Assembly: GCA_964016885.1 (NCBI GenBank)
Contig: OZ024740.1
Coordinates: 335,358,001 to 335,422,000 of the forward strand
DNA length: 64,000 nucleotides
Reading direction: 5' to 3'
Source of the DNA: Eledone cirrhosa
Taxonomy: Eukaryota
The notes below the pieces were generated by a model. The model was given only the letters and a program-made list of their open reading frames with translations, was not told the origin of the DNA and made no database searches. Shown here piece by piece: positions 13,174-28,283 of the stretch (positions are counted from its first letter, which is position 1; every line of letters starts with the position of its first letter). Made by a program: the position numbers and the translations under genes.

Positions 13174-13236
13174 TATTTTATCTGATGAAAGCGTATCAAT
13201 GGGTCTTGGTACACTTGAAATATATATAATAAAATA
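13174..13236 (+). ncRNA. Type I hammerhead ribozyme (inverted twin of 12556-12619)
   Basis: UAUUUUAU-CUGAUGA-AAG.GUAUCAA-uggguc-UUGGUAC.CUU-GAAA-UAUAUA-UA-AUAAAAUA. Confidence 0.85.
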
Positions 13237-13280
13237 AATATGGTTTTATAAATATAGTTTCTATTTATTTAATATCACTG

Positions 13281-13365
<85 letters not shown>

Positions 13366-16292
13366 GTGGTGTATGTGTGTCATGAGCGTGTTTGTGTGTG
13401 AGTGTGTGAGTGTGCGTATGTGTGTGTTTGTAGTATGCGTAAATTGTATATATTTGAGTCCGTATTTGGACAGAGGAAGAAGCAGATAGGCAGATTGACT
13501 TATATATTTATTGATTACTTGATTGAAACCAGTATATCAAATAGATTTAGCATTTCTAAAACTCCCGCTGTCTCAAACACTCATATCAGAAATGCTCTAA
13601 TATATTCCTCGTGGGAGGTATCATATCTTTTCAGATAGTTCATATATTCTATGATAGATTCAGAGCTAAGGTATCATGTTATACGCCATTTTAACTCAAT
13701 TCATCTGATTATGTTATAGATTATATTACCCTGTGATATCTTCGAATAGATAGATTTAGAAGCACTGTGAGATGTAAGTATGTTGGTCACGGTCATACAA
13801 TATCGCTAAGATTATGAGAGAAAACACAGACCTTCTAGTGAAATAATTGTAAGCCAATTCTGATCTTAAATACTATTTTCATTTGAGCAAACACATAGTC
13901 TATATTATTTTCTGTCTCTCCAGGATTGGTGAGATTTATTCTATTTACACCCAGCATGAAATTTTCTGTTGCAGAATAACTACTCAAAAGTTAATGTGGT
14001 GCTGTTATATTCGTAGTAAGTTGAACTTTGCACCCAAAAGTTAGTTCTACCACATGCTATGCTGGTCTATGTATCTAGTAATATGTTTCTCACTAAAACT
14101 TTGGACCCTTCAATTATCCTAATCAAACATCAATAAATATGGTACGTTTCGTTATCCATGATACAAAAAACGTTGCTCTCGCATAAACTTTCACGCTAGG
14201 GCTAAAACAAACTATAGATCTAAACGTAACATCTGTGTTAGATGCTCTTGTTTTTCTTCAAAGTTTTTGATTCCAATGATTCTGGATATATTTATCTGTA
14301 GCTAGAATTGGATAAGAGTAAAATGGCTTTCTATCAGCTGCATAAATTTCAGCTTATACTAGGCATTTTCGCAGAATTTGATATCATAGTTGATATAATA
14401 GTTGGAGTAAGATACGTAGAATAAACAGGTATGCCAAGAACTGCGATGTATTCCCATACGTTCATTTGATTATATTGATTTCTACATTTGATAAGACACA
14501 CATTTTGTGGTACATGTCTAGCCCAAATGTGTATCGTCTTTATTAAACTTGGAAGAATGGAATAAAAATCTACCTTGCTGCCATTCGAACTAGGGATGCA
14601 GTGATATATGTGACAGAGATTCGTTGTCTTTCAACACATTTCAATTATCTGAACCTTGGGAGAGTTACAGAGAGCAATACTGATCGTATCTGATATAAGG
14701 ACCATCTACCTAGTGTGCCACCACTCAGCTCTTAGTAAAGAAGTTCCATTTCAACATATTCAGTCACATCTTGCGATGTCGAAATTATCTCATCTAAATT
14801 TTATGAATTCTAGAGATACCGCCAAAGATCTTTTGAATTAAATACACGCATACAAACACACATACACGTATGCGCGCACACATACACACACATCAACATA
14901 CATTGACTTACGTACATACGCTTTTTTCGGTAGGTGAATAAGCTACTTGCTATTCATTACAACATTTACATCATTCATTACATGTTTCCTCAATCTATTA
15001 GAAATATCAGCCAAGTCTTCTTCAAATTGTCACTACTGTTTCATGAGAGGAAGAGCGCATTGAATAACGTGACTCTGAATATAATTTTCCAAGATAAAAA
15101 AAAAATGGATTTTTTTTAATTCGATATAAACGTCTTTCATTATATAGGATTTATCAATCAAGCTATAATCATGTAACAAAATAGGGCGGATAGAATTTCA
15201 TTGCTGCCACGAACAGACACATTGGAACTCACTTCAAAAGATACATCAGAGCATCGTCAACCTTAACAACACCAAAGCACAATGATCATACCCCTTCAAA
15301 GAAATAGCGTTTCAGTATTAGATGAAGGAAACTGCATGCCCATGAAATTCTTCAACTGGCTACAAATAGAAAAAGACTTCATAAATAGTGGTAGTTTCTC
15401 CTGATGACCTGATATAGTATTGTGAAGCGGTGAACTGAGTGATTCATCAGAGCGTAGAATATATTATCTTCTGGTAAATAACACATTCTCGGCTCTGTGG
15501 GTGCAAGTTGCAAGAAAGTCAATGTTGTCCTTTCTTCTTTCTGATGTCAACAAAACAAAATCAGTTATAGTGCCTGATTGATGGAATTGATGCCTTGAGA
15601 TAATTGTTCTGGATCTTTTGCCAGTGGCAAATTCTGACAAATAGTATTAGTTATTGTATTTAGTTTTGACAATATTAGTGTCGTCATCAGGGGATAGTTT
15701 TCCATAAAAACAAAACTTTTCAGAGAAAGTTTTCTGATCCAAATGCATAGTCCCATAACACATAAAGAGTGTGGAATATAATATTGACAAAGCACTACTT
15801 CAATGACTAAGTATTTACTTTACGATGCGAAAATGAGTGGACATTCATTTGTTGACCATCTAAAAATTAAAAGCGCCTCACATATTAAAGAACGGGTCAC
15901 AACTCTTTAAAAAATCTCGTTTATGGTAGACCACATCGATATATATAATGTCAATTGGATAATTGCCAAAGATACACTCTTCTATAAGCTACAATTTTTA
16001 CATATGCATACCACACACACACAGTCTCTCTCTCTCTCTCTCCCTCTCTCTCTATCTATCTATCTACATATCTCTATCTCTATCTCTCTATCTCCTCTAT
16101 CTCTATTCTTTTGATTATATATCACGTTGTTAAATGTACTTCAGGGGGTTCAAGCTCAGGTTGAACAGACATGCTCAAGTTGAGTATAGATAGTGTACTC
16201 AAACGCGTACACCACGTTCACACAGTCATATTCAATTTCATCGAGAGATTTATCTGTCTATATATGTGTATGTGACTGTGTACTCATACAGA

Positions 16293-16370
<78 letters not shown>

Positions 16371-16905
16371 TGTGTGTGTGTGGGTGTATGTATATATGTG
16401 TGTGTATACATATATCGGCGCGTGATTTTCACATCATATAATTTAATTTCACAAAAAGTCTATTATAATGCTGCCATTTCTACTATAACATCAAGTGTAT
16501 CACTATACAACTTTCTATAGAAATTACGTCTCCTGCAGATTTCACATTAAATTCTCCCAGCAGTTGTTATCTGTCATTACTTTAGATGTTGTTGTTGTTC
16601 TTGTTGTTTTTCTTGAGTTTCTATTGTTATTTGATTTCATGCTTACCAAATGCTATTGCGTAAGCTGATTCAGTGAGAAGTGCTAAAGACATAGAGAAAC
16701 GTTTTCTTTTTCGTATTGGAACGGTATGATTTTCAAATGACAATACCAATAAAATTATGTATAATGGTAAACCAAGAATGGAAATACTGCAGACTATAAT
16801 TATTTCCTGGCTCTACTAAAACGGATTAAAATGCTATTATTTATTGAAAGCATTCACGTAGACACATGGGCGCATATGATTCAATACATATATATAAACC
16901 TATAC

Positions 16906-16960
<55 letters not shown>

Positions 16961-17343
16961 ACATATGTGTGAATATGTGTATCTCTGCGTGTATCGATGA
17001 GTGTCTGTATATATAAAGCGTCAATGTCAAAATTTCGTTTATGGTTTAAACCCTTTCTTAGAATTTTCGTGTTAGAGTTTTGCATTATCGAAAGATTAGA
17101 CTTTTAAATAACTAATTTTAAAGGATTATTGATATTTCAGCGTTCCTATGACCTTGACTTCGTGATAGAATTCATAATAACATTTGCAATTGGAGGGTTT
17201 TCATTTTATTCCTTCTCTTTTCTGTAACTGAATGAATTTGGATTATAAACAACTAAGCTCTAGAGTAGTCATTACATTAGCGGTTTTCATATCCACATAA
17301 AAGGCGATTTTTAATAGTACTAATAGTGAATGTTATAGCTTAA

Positions 17344-17563
17344 CCCTTCAGCATTTAAACCGGCCGTATCCGGCCAGAATTCTCTCACCTTTTTCTGTTC
17401 AAACTGCTGTAACCGGCCACTCATATTGACGTTGAGGTATTGCTCCCAAAATGAATAATATCAAAATATTGTAGATTCAAGATTATGTGAGATAATTATG
17501 TGGGGTAAAACCTTTACCGTGAGAATACAATAATATATATTGGGTAATATAAATGCTAAATCG
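17344..17563. mobile_element. piggyBac-type MITE
   Basis: TTAA flanks (17340-17343, 17564-17567); ends CCCTTCAGCATTTA / TAAATGCTAAATCG (degenerate TIR). Confidence 0.65.
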
Positions 17564-17849
17564 TTAAGCTGTTGACTATTAAATCCTAATTTATCTAATG
17601 AATCAACTTCCCAGTTGCCTCAATTTATCACAAGATATTTAGTTGATACATGAAAGACAACGTTGATGCGGAAAAATTAAGTTTTAAAATTATGAGGAAT
17701 AAAATATACTAAGGAAATATGTGAAATATGCTTAAAAGCAATAATGCATCAATAAAGGTTTTCTTGTTTTTTAGATGGTTTCAACAATAGTGAATTATGT
17801 GTACCTAGAATTTATGGCCTTTCTACTGCGCATTATTTGTTGTTTCGTG

Positions 17850-18033
17850 GATGGATTGGGAGTATCGGTAGAGGGTCAGACACCATGCCTTGCAGCATAG
17901 AGTTACGGCCCTTTATGGTCTGAGTTCAAATCCCGCCGAGGTTAACTTTGCCTTTCATCCTTACGGGGTCGATAAAATAAAGTATCAGTAATACACTGAA
18001 ATAATTGCTGGCCTTGTGTCAAAAGTAGAAACA
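17850..18033 (+). mobile_element. Full-length tRNA-derived SINE (family A) with 18-bp TSD
   Basis: A-box-like TGGGAGTATCGG and B-box GAGTTCAAATCCC; TSD ATTATTTGTTGTTTCGTG at 17832-17849 and 18034-18051. Confidence 0.9.
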
Positions 18034-19401
18034 ATTATTTGTTGTTTCGTGAATAAATTAGTCAAATATCGTGAGATTGATACGGGTGATATTTCTCTTT
18101 AAAATTTAATGATCGAAATGGAACACATTCATGTTTTTAGTTTAACATACACGCACACAGATGCACACACGCACATACATACACACATACATACACACAC
18201 ACACATATATATATATATATTTATATATATATATACATATAATTATCTACACACACGCACACACACACACATATATATATATAATCTCTCGATTAGTCGG
18301 TCTCGAACTTAAGTTCTATTATCGAGTGGTCTTGAATTTCCTACCTATAGTTGCTAGCACATTGCTCGGTTTGTGTATTCTTTTCGCTGTTTTGTTACTG
18401 TTTCTCTTTTCTTCCCCTTTGCTTTCCTTCCCTCCTTCCTTCGTGTTCCCAATAACTTATCCAGTATTGACGCCCTGGGGTGAAGTGGTATCTTGACTTT
18501 AAAGCGTAGAAATATCCTAGACCCCCAGTAGACAACTGATGAGGAACCTAAGTATTCTTACTTTCTTCGTATTCCCACTGCATTTTAAGTTAACTTAAAT
18601 AGCAACTACACAGCCATTTGTATTCTCCATATATTTCATTATATATATATATATATATATATATATGCATACATATGTAGATATAATATTCTTCATTAAG
18701 TTTAGGCTGTCTTGTTATTCTAAAGTTTCACCTAAGTAATAAAAAGCTACGCTGTTATTGAAAAGTCATTCTCACGTCCGTCAACATCAGACGGATAAAG
18801 AAATATCGATATACACAGATATATTAAGGGAAAGTGTAGAAGAGGATTTTGACATAAAGTGTTGCATTATATTAAGTTCTTAGAATCCATTGTTGTATAT
18901 TTCTCAAATACTATCTGTAATATAGATCAAGGATATTAATATAACTATGATATGTGAGGATTATCTCTGATATATGGTATGAATTCTGTGGGAATTGAAT
19001 ATTAAATCATTATATATACGATATTTATTGGTCTTTAGCAGATCAATGATACACTGTTCAATTATAAAAGAAGCGAAATTGCTTCTGTGTTTAATTGAAG
19101 ATTTCATTACAATAGAGATAATTAAAGACACGACAGAAAACTATGACAATTGTCTGCAGGTAATGGTCCCACATCCATCCATCATACCATCGTAATTAAT
19201 CCCAAGTTTTATATTGATAGAATTAATTAAAATAATTCATTAGTAGTACTGGACATTCCAGTTTTCTCCGTAAATATGAATATGTCTGCTTTTGTCTCTC
19301 CTCATCTCTCTCTCTCTATCTCTCTATCTCTCTCTCTCACTACACACACACACACACACACACACATACACACACAGATACACACACACACACACACGCA
19401 T

Positions 19402-19513
<112 letters not shown>

Positions 19514-19514
19514 T

Positions 19515-19572
19515 TCGAATCTTGCTATGAAAACGGCCGCAGCTCATCCGTCGGTGTCGTGACTCCTTTCAT
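19515..19572 (+). repeat. Short diverged 'GCCGTC'-family fragment
   Basis: GAAAACGGCCGCAGCTCATCCGTCGGTGTCGTGACTCCTTTCATA between (TA)n tracts. Confidence 0.55.
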
Positions 19573-19684
19573 ATATATACATATAAATATATATAAATAT
19601 ATATATACATATATATATTTATATATATATATATATATGTAAGGTACTCAATACATAGCAGAGTATAAAAGTTTTAATATAGAT

Positions 19685-19850
<166 letters not shown>

Positions 19851-20050
19851 ATGTTTATGTATTTGTTTTCCAAGATTCTTGATTTGAAACCGTGCGTTGA
19901 AACACAAATGACAAGATGGAGTAGAAGTTTCAGACAAGAAAGTAGATGAGACACCAAAGAGCAATAATAATAAAGATAAAGTGAAAAATCATATGGTGTG
20001 TGTATTTCATTTTTATTGGCGATAGTGGAAACATGACTATCCACAAATAT

Positions 20051-20113
<63 letters not shown>

Positions 20114-20130
20114 CACACACACACGCACAC

Positions 20131-20189
<59 letters not shown>

Positions 20190-20935
20190 TACAAATATTC
20201 AAGCAGACATATATACTTGTATATATGTTTATGAGTGTGTATGTGCATGTATGCGTGTGTAGCATATAGATATATGTGAAGGTGTTTATTTGTATTTGAA
20301 TGTGTATTTTGTTTGCACTTGTGTACTATAAGGGTAATATCTGAATAATACACACTAAAAGTGATAAATCAGGTCAACTAATTGACCATTTGTTATCTGA
20401 GATATCTATCATCTGATCAGTTACACTGTGTTTAAACGCATATGTATTTATATACATACACAGGTACATCCAGACACACAAACACACATGCACAAACTCA
20501 AGTATACTTCCGCACACCTAAACATACCCATTATTTATGAGGACATATATTTATCAAGATAAATCATTGCCATGCTGCCCCAAGTAACTAATTCAAGATA
20601 AACATAATTTAAAATAAAAATGTCATCATTGTCGTAGAAATATTGAGAAGTTTTCTGTAAGTCAACACGTAAAGTGATAGTTGTTTCTCCTCAGAGTTAC
20701 ATTTCTCTCTATACATGGTGGCCCATCCAAAATAGATATTTTTAAAACCTTCCCACTCTGACAGTATACTTTTAATAATGATTTACAATACATTTTCTTT
20801 AATATCTTATTAGAAGATAATATGAGATTGGCTTACTGCCTGAGTAGCACCACTAATAAACTGTGAAATATTAGGTTTTGGTTGTATAAAGTGAATCAGA
20901 GCTGGTATTTACTTTATGTTGTTTCAAGCTTAATA

Positions 20936-21762
20936 CAGTGTGACAAAGAAACAGGCCTAGGGCATGCTTCATGTTACTATGTGATCATTTTCTAACCGAT
21001 CAAACCTAAATATCAGGACTTTACGATACAACGTATGTGCGGATGCCAATGGGAGCTCCAGCACTAGGATTTCTGTGTGAAACACTATTATAAGTATGGC
21101 TTGTAAAAGCAATTCCATGCATATTTTGGAACGAAGAAATCTCCCTTCAAATTCAATATACAAAACTGGGTGAAGTTTGAGACTGTGAAGAACTTGTTAC
21201 CAACACTTGACAACCGAGAGAGCGTACACGGGAAGTTATTAACATGGCCCGAGAGTCCGGTGAACAAAGTCTAAATCGATCGCTGTGCTAGAGAAGTCAA
21301 TCCTTGAGTCTCTCCACAGAAAACTGCAGAATGGTTGGCAATAAGATCTTAAGTAGTACCCATAGAGTATATATACACCTCCAATCAATCACGAGAATGA
21401 CTGAAATATAACTTTTAGGAAATTCTGTGATTAGTTCCAAGATTGATTTCGAGGGGGCTTTGATTTAAGTCTCCAGATTTCTTTCTTTAGGAATATCTGA
21501 AGGATAGGGTATATGTCAAGAACCCATTTCCACCACTGAGCTAAAGGAAAATATCAGGAAGGAGATCAGATCCATCCCCAAGTCTGTATTTAAAGACGTT
21601 TCACTATGCGCCTCGGAAAATGCATGGATTCAAACGGGTATCACTTGCAACGTGTGCTGTAACTCTAGAGAAAAAACATCTTGATATTCATAAGTTTTTG
21701 ACAAACATTGAATAATGTTGATAGAGCTAAAAATGGGGCCAGTTTTCTTTTTATCCATCCTG
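20936..21762 (+). mobile_element. Internally deleted, decayed Tc1/mariner DNA transposon
   Basis: Remnants QPRERTREVINMARES..RSQSL..KDL (HTH region) and DFFL*EYLKDRVYVKNP..ELKENIRKEIRSIP..RLGKCMDSNGYHLQ (C-terminus). Imperfect TIRs CAGTGTGACAAAGAAACAGGCC / GGCCAGTTTTCTTTTTATCCATCCTG with TA flanks. Confidence 0.8.
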
Positions 21763-22137
21763 TATTCGTAGATTGATAAGATAAAATGACGTGAAATATG
21801 TGAACAGATTTGGAGGTTTGTGTGTGTTCTTTGTGTTATTATAATATTGGAAGATCATGTTATTATAATATTGGAAGATCATTACAGAGACTAGAGCACG
21901 TGGGTAATTGTATGACGTAGTATCAGTCTATACTAAAACATAATATATATGAAGTGACTCAAATGTATGATCAGTTGTTTCTAGAGCATAGCTATGCTGT
22001 AGCAGAGTAGACATTACTTGTATTAATCAATAAATACCACAGCAACTAATAATATTTCTGTTTCACATAAATTGTAAACTAGCTGGGCATGTAGGAATTC
22101 TAAGTTTTATTAATATTTAGATATTTTTATTTGATGC

Positions 22138-22203
<66 letters not shown>

Positions 22204-24636
22204 TGACATAGTTTCCTTAGACTAACGATTGCGATTCGAACACATGTAGAGAGATATGACAAACGAAATAATATTATATGTATGTCTTTATCCACTAAAC
22301 GTGTCAAATATTATTCTTATTGAAGATCGCAAATATTGTATATGTATATAATGCCTCAATCTAAATGAAGATCTAAAATTATGTCCCCCTATCTCAGTAT
22401 ATGAAAACATGTTTTCAGAGAAACCCCGGGGTTCCACGAAAAACATCTAGTGTTCCAGGAGATAGGTAAAAGACTACTAACTCGAGATAGTACGTAGGGG
22501 TATGGTCCTGACACACAGCGGTTTAAAAAAAAGAAAGCCTGGTCAAGCCCATCCTTGTCCATGCTGTATCCTAACTGATGTCTTCCAGAGAGATAAAGAA
22601 AGAAAGAATCATCCTCAATACTTGACTGGTACTTTATCGACTTCGGAAAGATGAAAGGCAAAGTAGACCTAACGAGATAACATAACTTTTAATAAACGTT
22701 TTATATGAATATATTATCTCTCTAAAACAAATTTTGTTTCATTTAATATCTGTCGTATTAAAATTAATGTTGCGGGGGTTGTCTGTTAAATATAAGTAGG
22801 GGTTACGTAATGTGTGTAAAGTCATAGAATATGTATTTAGGAACTACTGCTACGTGTGATATATTTGGTCGGACTAACATCTAAAATGCTGTCACTGTAT
22901 GGAAAGTATTAATCTGGCTAAAAGTATTAATCATATTCGATGGTAGGGTATAAAACACAGTCAATCTATGCGATACATTAGTTGTATGTGTGTGTAGAGG
23001 GTGGGTTGTAATTATGTGTATATAACCAAATAACAGAATAACCTATACATATAAAATATAAACTTTGCTGACATTATATTTATCTCAACTGAAAATCTTT
23101 TTAATAATGACTCAATATTTCGCTGTTATAGTATTTATAAACAGTTTTCTCCTGCCCTTGATAATCCATGTTCTCTCAACATCCTAACCAATCAATTATC
23201 TCCACGTAATAATACAAACACCAGTTTCTTTTGCCAGTGAGAATGAAGAGAAAAAGAACATATTTCTTTGATGATGTAAGTCTTCTCTCAATATTCCACC
23301 ACTTGATGATCTACAAACACATGTTCTTATTTAAGCTATTCTAGTCTGAAACATATTTTTATCTCTTATACTAACATTTATATTGATTGTTATCTCATTA
23401 AAGTCTGCTTTATTCCCCAACAAACCACTTAATTCTGTGTATCTTCCTTTCATGGTTATTTACTGACTACACATTAAATTAGTACTTCACTTGATTTCCG
23501 TATCGAGTTTCCATAAATACATCAGATTTTAAAAAGCACCAGCAATAAAATCATTACGTATCCTCATGGTATCAAGTTTGTGGGAATCTATAAATGATTT
23601 GGCTGTTTAGCTCCAAAGATTAAGATCTAGATCACTTCTGCGTCGAAGTCTTTCAAATCAGGAATTGGTCAACTTCCTGTTTTTCTTAGACTTATTGATT
23701 TCGTTTATGTACGAGATTTTTTTAAACAAATGCAGATTAGTAAAACGTTGTGATTTCGTAAATGATCTAATGCACTCACCAAACCTCTACAGTTCTTAAA
23801 TGACCTAAAGTCAATATAAATGCATTCTTAATAACCCTATTGTTTTGTTTTGGTCTTAATTGCAGTTATTTTCCTGGCATAATTTTCCCAATAGAATCAC
23901 TCCTAACACTAGCTTCAGATAATAAGGGATAGTGATAAAGCTACGACCCTATCAATTACTATTTGAGCCCTGCAATGTTCCCACAGCATTTCACATTAAT
24001 GTTGCATATAATTGACTAATTATATATAATCTTGTTTTATAATATAGACAACCGACAGAATGAAGAAGGGAATCACCCAGTAAATTGAATCATTGTCTAA
24101 CTCTAAATCATCCCAGATCATACTAATCTATGGTCAAAGATATTGCAGCTGTGACCTTACCGCGTTTTGTTCTCCATTAAGACGATAATGACTGATTTGA
24201 CGGAATGCGGCTGGATTTCTAGTTAGTTGATTGACCTTGTAAAGAGGATTCGTTGGCTCTGCAAATCAGGAATTACAATTACTAAATGAATACTGTTGGA
24301 AACGGTGTAGACAAGGCAATTCCCATTTTATAAGACCTGTTTGTTGAATCACGACATTTTAAGCAATTAACACTTCCAATCATAAATATTATTCGTTCAA
24401 ATCCCGACAAAATTAACTTTGTCTTTCATTCTTCTTGGGTCGATAACATAAAGCACAATTGAAGCACTAGAGCAGATTTAGTCGATTTTTTCCAATATAC
24501 CCCAAATTTGCTGGCCTTGTTTCAAGTGTAGAAATCCTTATTATTGTTGTGGTGATGGCGGTTGTGATGGTGGTGGTGATGATCGTGTTGGTGATGGTGG
24601 TGGTGAAGATGTGGTGGTGATTGTGGTGGAGGTTGT

Positions 24637-24687
<51 letters not shown>

Positions 24688-26432
24688 CACTGCTGCTGCT
24701 GTTGTCACTGATGTTGCTGCTGCTGCTACGACTACTGTTCCTGCTGCTGTTATTACTTCTACTATTAGATAATATGAGTGTTAACTGTTTTGTTGTTTTT
24801 GTATAGGCTAGTCAAAGGTAGGAAGGCAGCGCCCGTGATATTTGTCTTGGCCTCAGAAATTGGTGTGGAAGAGACAATTATCTCTGGACCGAAAACAGCC
24901 CCAAAGACTTCTAATAGAGAAATCGCAGGCGCAAGATGGGGAAGTTAAACGGGATGACGGATTATGTCTAGCACCCAAAATTGTGAACGGTACTGATTCC
25001 TATTTTATGAAAACTGTGAATTTATAGCAGTGAATAGAAGGCTAAAAGTTTCGGGTTTGAAATATGGCCTAAACTAAAAATATTAACATGTGATCCAGTC
25101 ATGGTGAGGATGTATGTGTGTGTCAGTGAAACGTACATATACACCAGGTCCGAACAGAAAGGAACCAAACTCCCACTGTCACTGCCTCTGTCTCACCCGC
25201 TCTCTTATTATGAGCTATTGGGGTCTATGCCCTGGCTGCCCTGCGGACCCGGCGGACAGAATAGAGAACGGTACTCGGGACGAAATCAGACAGTGTTCGT
25301 GAACTGAATTTCGCTCATATGTTTCGCTCAATTCGAAACTAGATAAAACTTGGCCAAAGAATTCTGCTTCCAAATGAAAACCGAAACCTTATAGTTACGA
25401 TCGAGGAAATGTTACTTTCCTGCAACCCTACGAACCAGAAATAATGCACGATGTGTAATTATTAGACATGATGCACGCAGTGAATAGATTTTTCAAGATT
25501 AATGGATCAATACTATATTTTGATTGCTTTTTACTCTTCGACTGTCTTCAGTCATCGAGCTATGCTACATTAGAAAGCCAGCATCCATAAAAAAAAAACA
25601 AATAAATAATAATTTGTCGTTTGTATCATTAAAATTCTGGAAATGAAGAAACAGTATTTTATTTTGACGAATAATGGAATGCAGTTTGCTATTCAGATAG
25701 CAAACTTATTAGAGTAGAGCTTGGCTTATGGCTGTAGCTGTAATAACATGCTGAGTTATTTAAGAAGTTACTGACTAAAACACAATCAATGCAACATGAG
25801 ATTGCTGTAAGCAAATTACAATGATGGTACGAAATGAAACAACAGAGTAGGTAGACGTCATACAATGAAATGTTTTCTCATTAGTAAATAGTTTCTTTTT
25901 ATCCTACTGAGAGATGATTCTGGTTTAGATATTCTTTGAAGATAATTGAATATAGAGGGTTCCATTGACGCAAATGTATTGTACGAAAAAAGAGTAATTG
26001 AGAAAGGACAAGATCTAAAGAATAAATTAATCGTATTAAGGCCGGAAACAAAATTAGCACAGGAAGCAATCAAAGAAAATTAGTCGATTGCCATACGTTA
26101 ATAATCCGATATGGATATTACATGTACGAATTTTACATTAAATATATTTAAAGTAACAAAATGTAAATGGATGAGCGTCTTTTTTTCATGAATTATTTTA
26201 GCTGAATTTACTAGATAAACTTTTCTTTGAATTGACGTATCAGCCTTAACGCAATCCCCAGATTCTATTTACCAACAGCTAGGTAAATAACACTTACCCA
26301 ATCAGTAGGATGAAACCTGAGATCTCATGATAATGGTAAGAAACTCTCCACCATTCAGCCATACTCTCCTACATACTCATGCAGGCAGACACACAAGCAC
26401 ACACACACAATCACGCATGCTTATATGAATAT

Positions 26433-26803
<371 letters not shown>

Positions 26804-26844
26804 GAGAGAGAGAGAGTGAGTGAGAGAGAGAGAGTGAGAGAGAG

Positions 26845-26995
26845 GGGGAAAACAGTCAGGACCCCGACGACTGAGCTCCACCCATTTCGACAGCTAGATC
26901 CGAAAGCGTACTGATCTATTACCCACTCTGCTACCCTAAGTATCGAGTACTCTGGTGCGTTATGGTCCATCTGTTTCTTTACCACACTTCCTTTG

Positions 26996-26997
<2 letters not shown>
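26845..26997. mobile_element. 'GCCGTC'-family fragment (inverted HHR half + tail)
   Basis: GGAAAACAGTCAGGACCCCGAC..TTTCGACAGCTAGATCCGAA followed by TATTACCCACTCTG..CTTTGTTATA. Confidence 0.8.
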
Positions 26998-27042
<45 letters not shown>

Positions 27043-27045
27043 TTG

Positions 27046-27109
27046 TATTAAGGCTACATATTGGGTCTTGTTATTCTGGAGTAACAGGACTCACAATTTA
27101 GCCTTAATA
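27046..27109. repeat. Hairpin built from the post-cleavage part of the 37061 hammerhead family
   Basis: TATTAAGGCTA..GTCTTGTTATTC|TG|GAGTAACAGGAC..TAGCCTTAATA. Right arm resembles 37100-37130 (GAGTAACAAGACGCACGTTTTAACCTTAATAA). Confidence 0.6.
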
Positions 27110-27157
27110 AAATAAATATTAAACCTGTACACGTTTCTCTCAGTCGTCAACCACATG

Positions 27158-27209
<52 letters not shown>

Positions 27210-27568
27210 GGCCATCAGAGTAATACATATGTGTGCATGCCTCTTAATTAATTATCTAGATTGTTCATATTGACAAGATATTGATTTCTACCATAGAAAC
27301 AAAGCTCCATTATCGCATTTTAGTCATCAACAACAATACAGAAATTACTTGCTGAGATTTAGAAAATACTTGCTTAGCTAATTATTGCCAGACTCGAGGA
27401 TTTTGCCCCCTCATCTAATATATCCCATTACGTGTTCCAATACAACCGATAAACTAACATTCCTTTATACTCGATAGTGATTGTATAGACCATGTGACCG
27501 CACCGAGTGCTGAATGTGGTTTGCGCCATGATTATATATATATATATGATTATATATATATATATATG

Positions 27569-27999
<431 letters not shown>

Positions 28000-28150
28000 T
28001 TCAGTAGAATTAGAATTTGTTTTAGTAAAACAAGAGTAAGCAGGAGAAATCTCTTTGCATTCGTAGTCTGTAGTTACAGCATAAGTCTGGAGATTCAGCA
28101 TAAGAATAACATTGAACATCAACATATTTCTTATGTATATATATATATAA

Positions 28151-28249
<99 letters not shown>

Positions 28250-28250
28250 A

Positions 28251-28283
<33 letters not shown>

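Larger units (their letters stand above)
12419..13280. mobile_element. Non-coding foldback element: ~248-bp inverted arms (12512-12760 / 13034-13280), each with a hammerhead
   Basis: Arms nearly identical in reverse complement; purine-rich spacer; same family as 59013-59585; inserted in (TA)n. Confidence 0.9.

Noticed and set aside
15650-15697. Minus-strand CUGAUGA-C-GACA..UGUC-AAAA
   Set aside because: GAAA is mutated and helix I is unpaired; could be chance.
17850-17940. tRNA-like A/B boxes
   Set aside because: These are SINE heads, not cloverleaf tRNA genes.
18530-18565. CTGATGA followed by a short stem
   Set aside because: No downstream GAAA or cleavage triplet; at best a deleted relic.
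23140-23480. Minus-strand LLGNKADFN resembling a GTPase NKxD motif
   Set aside because: No other G-boxes or open frame; more likely chance or a decayed LINE endonuclease (GDFN-like) relic.
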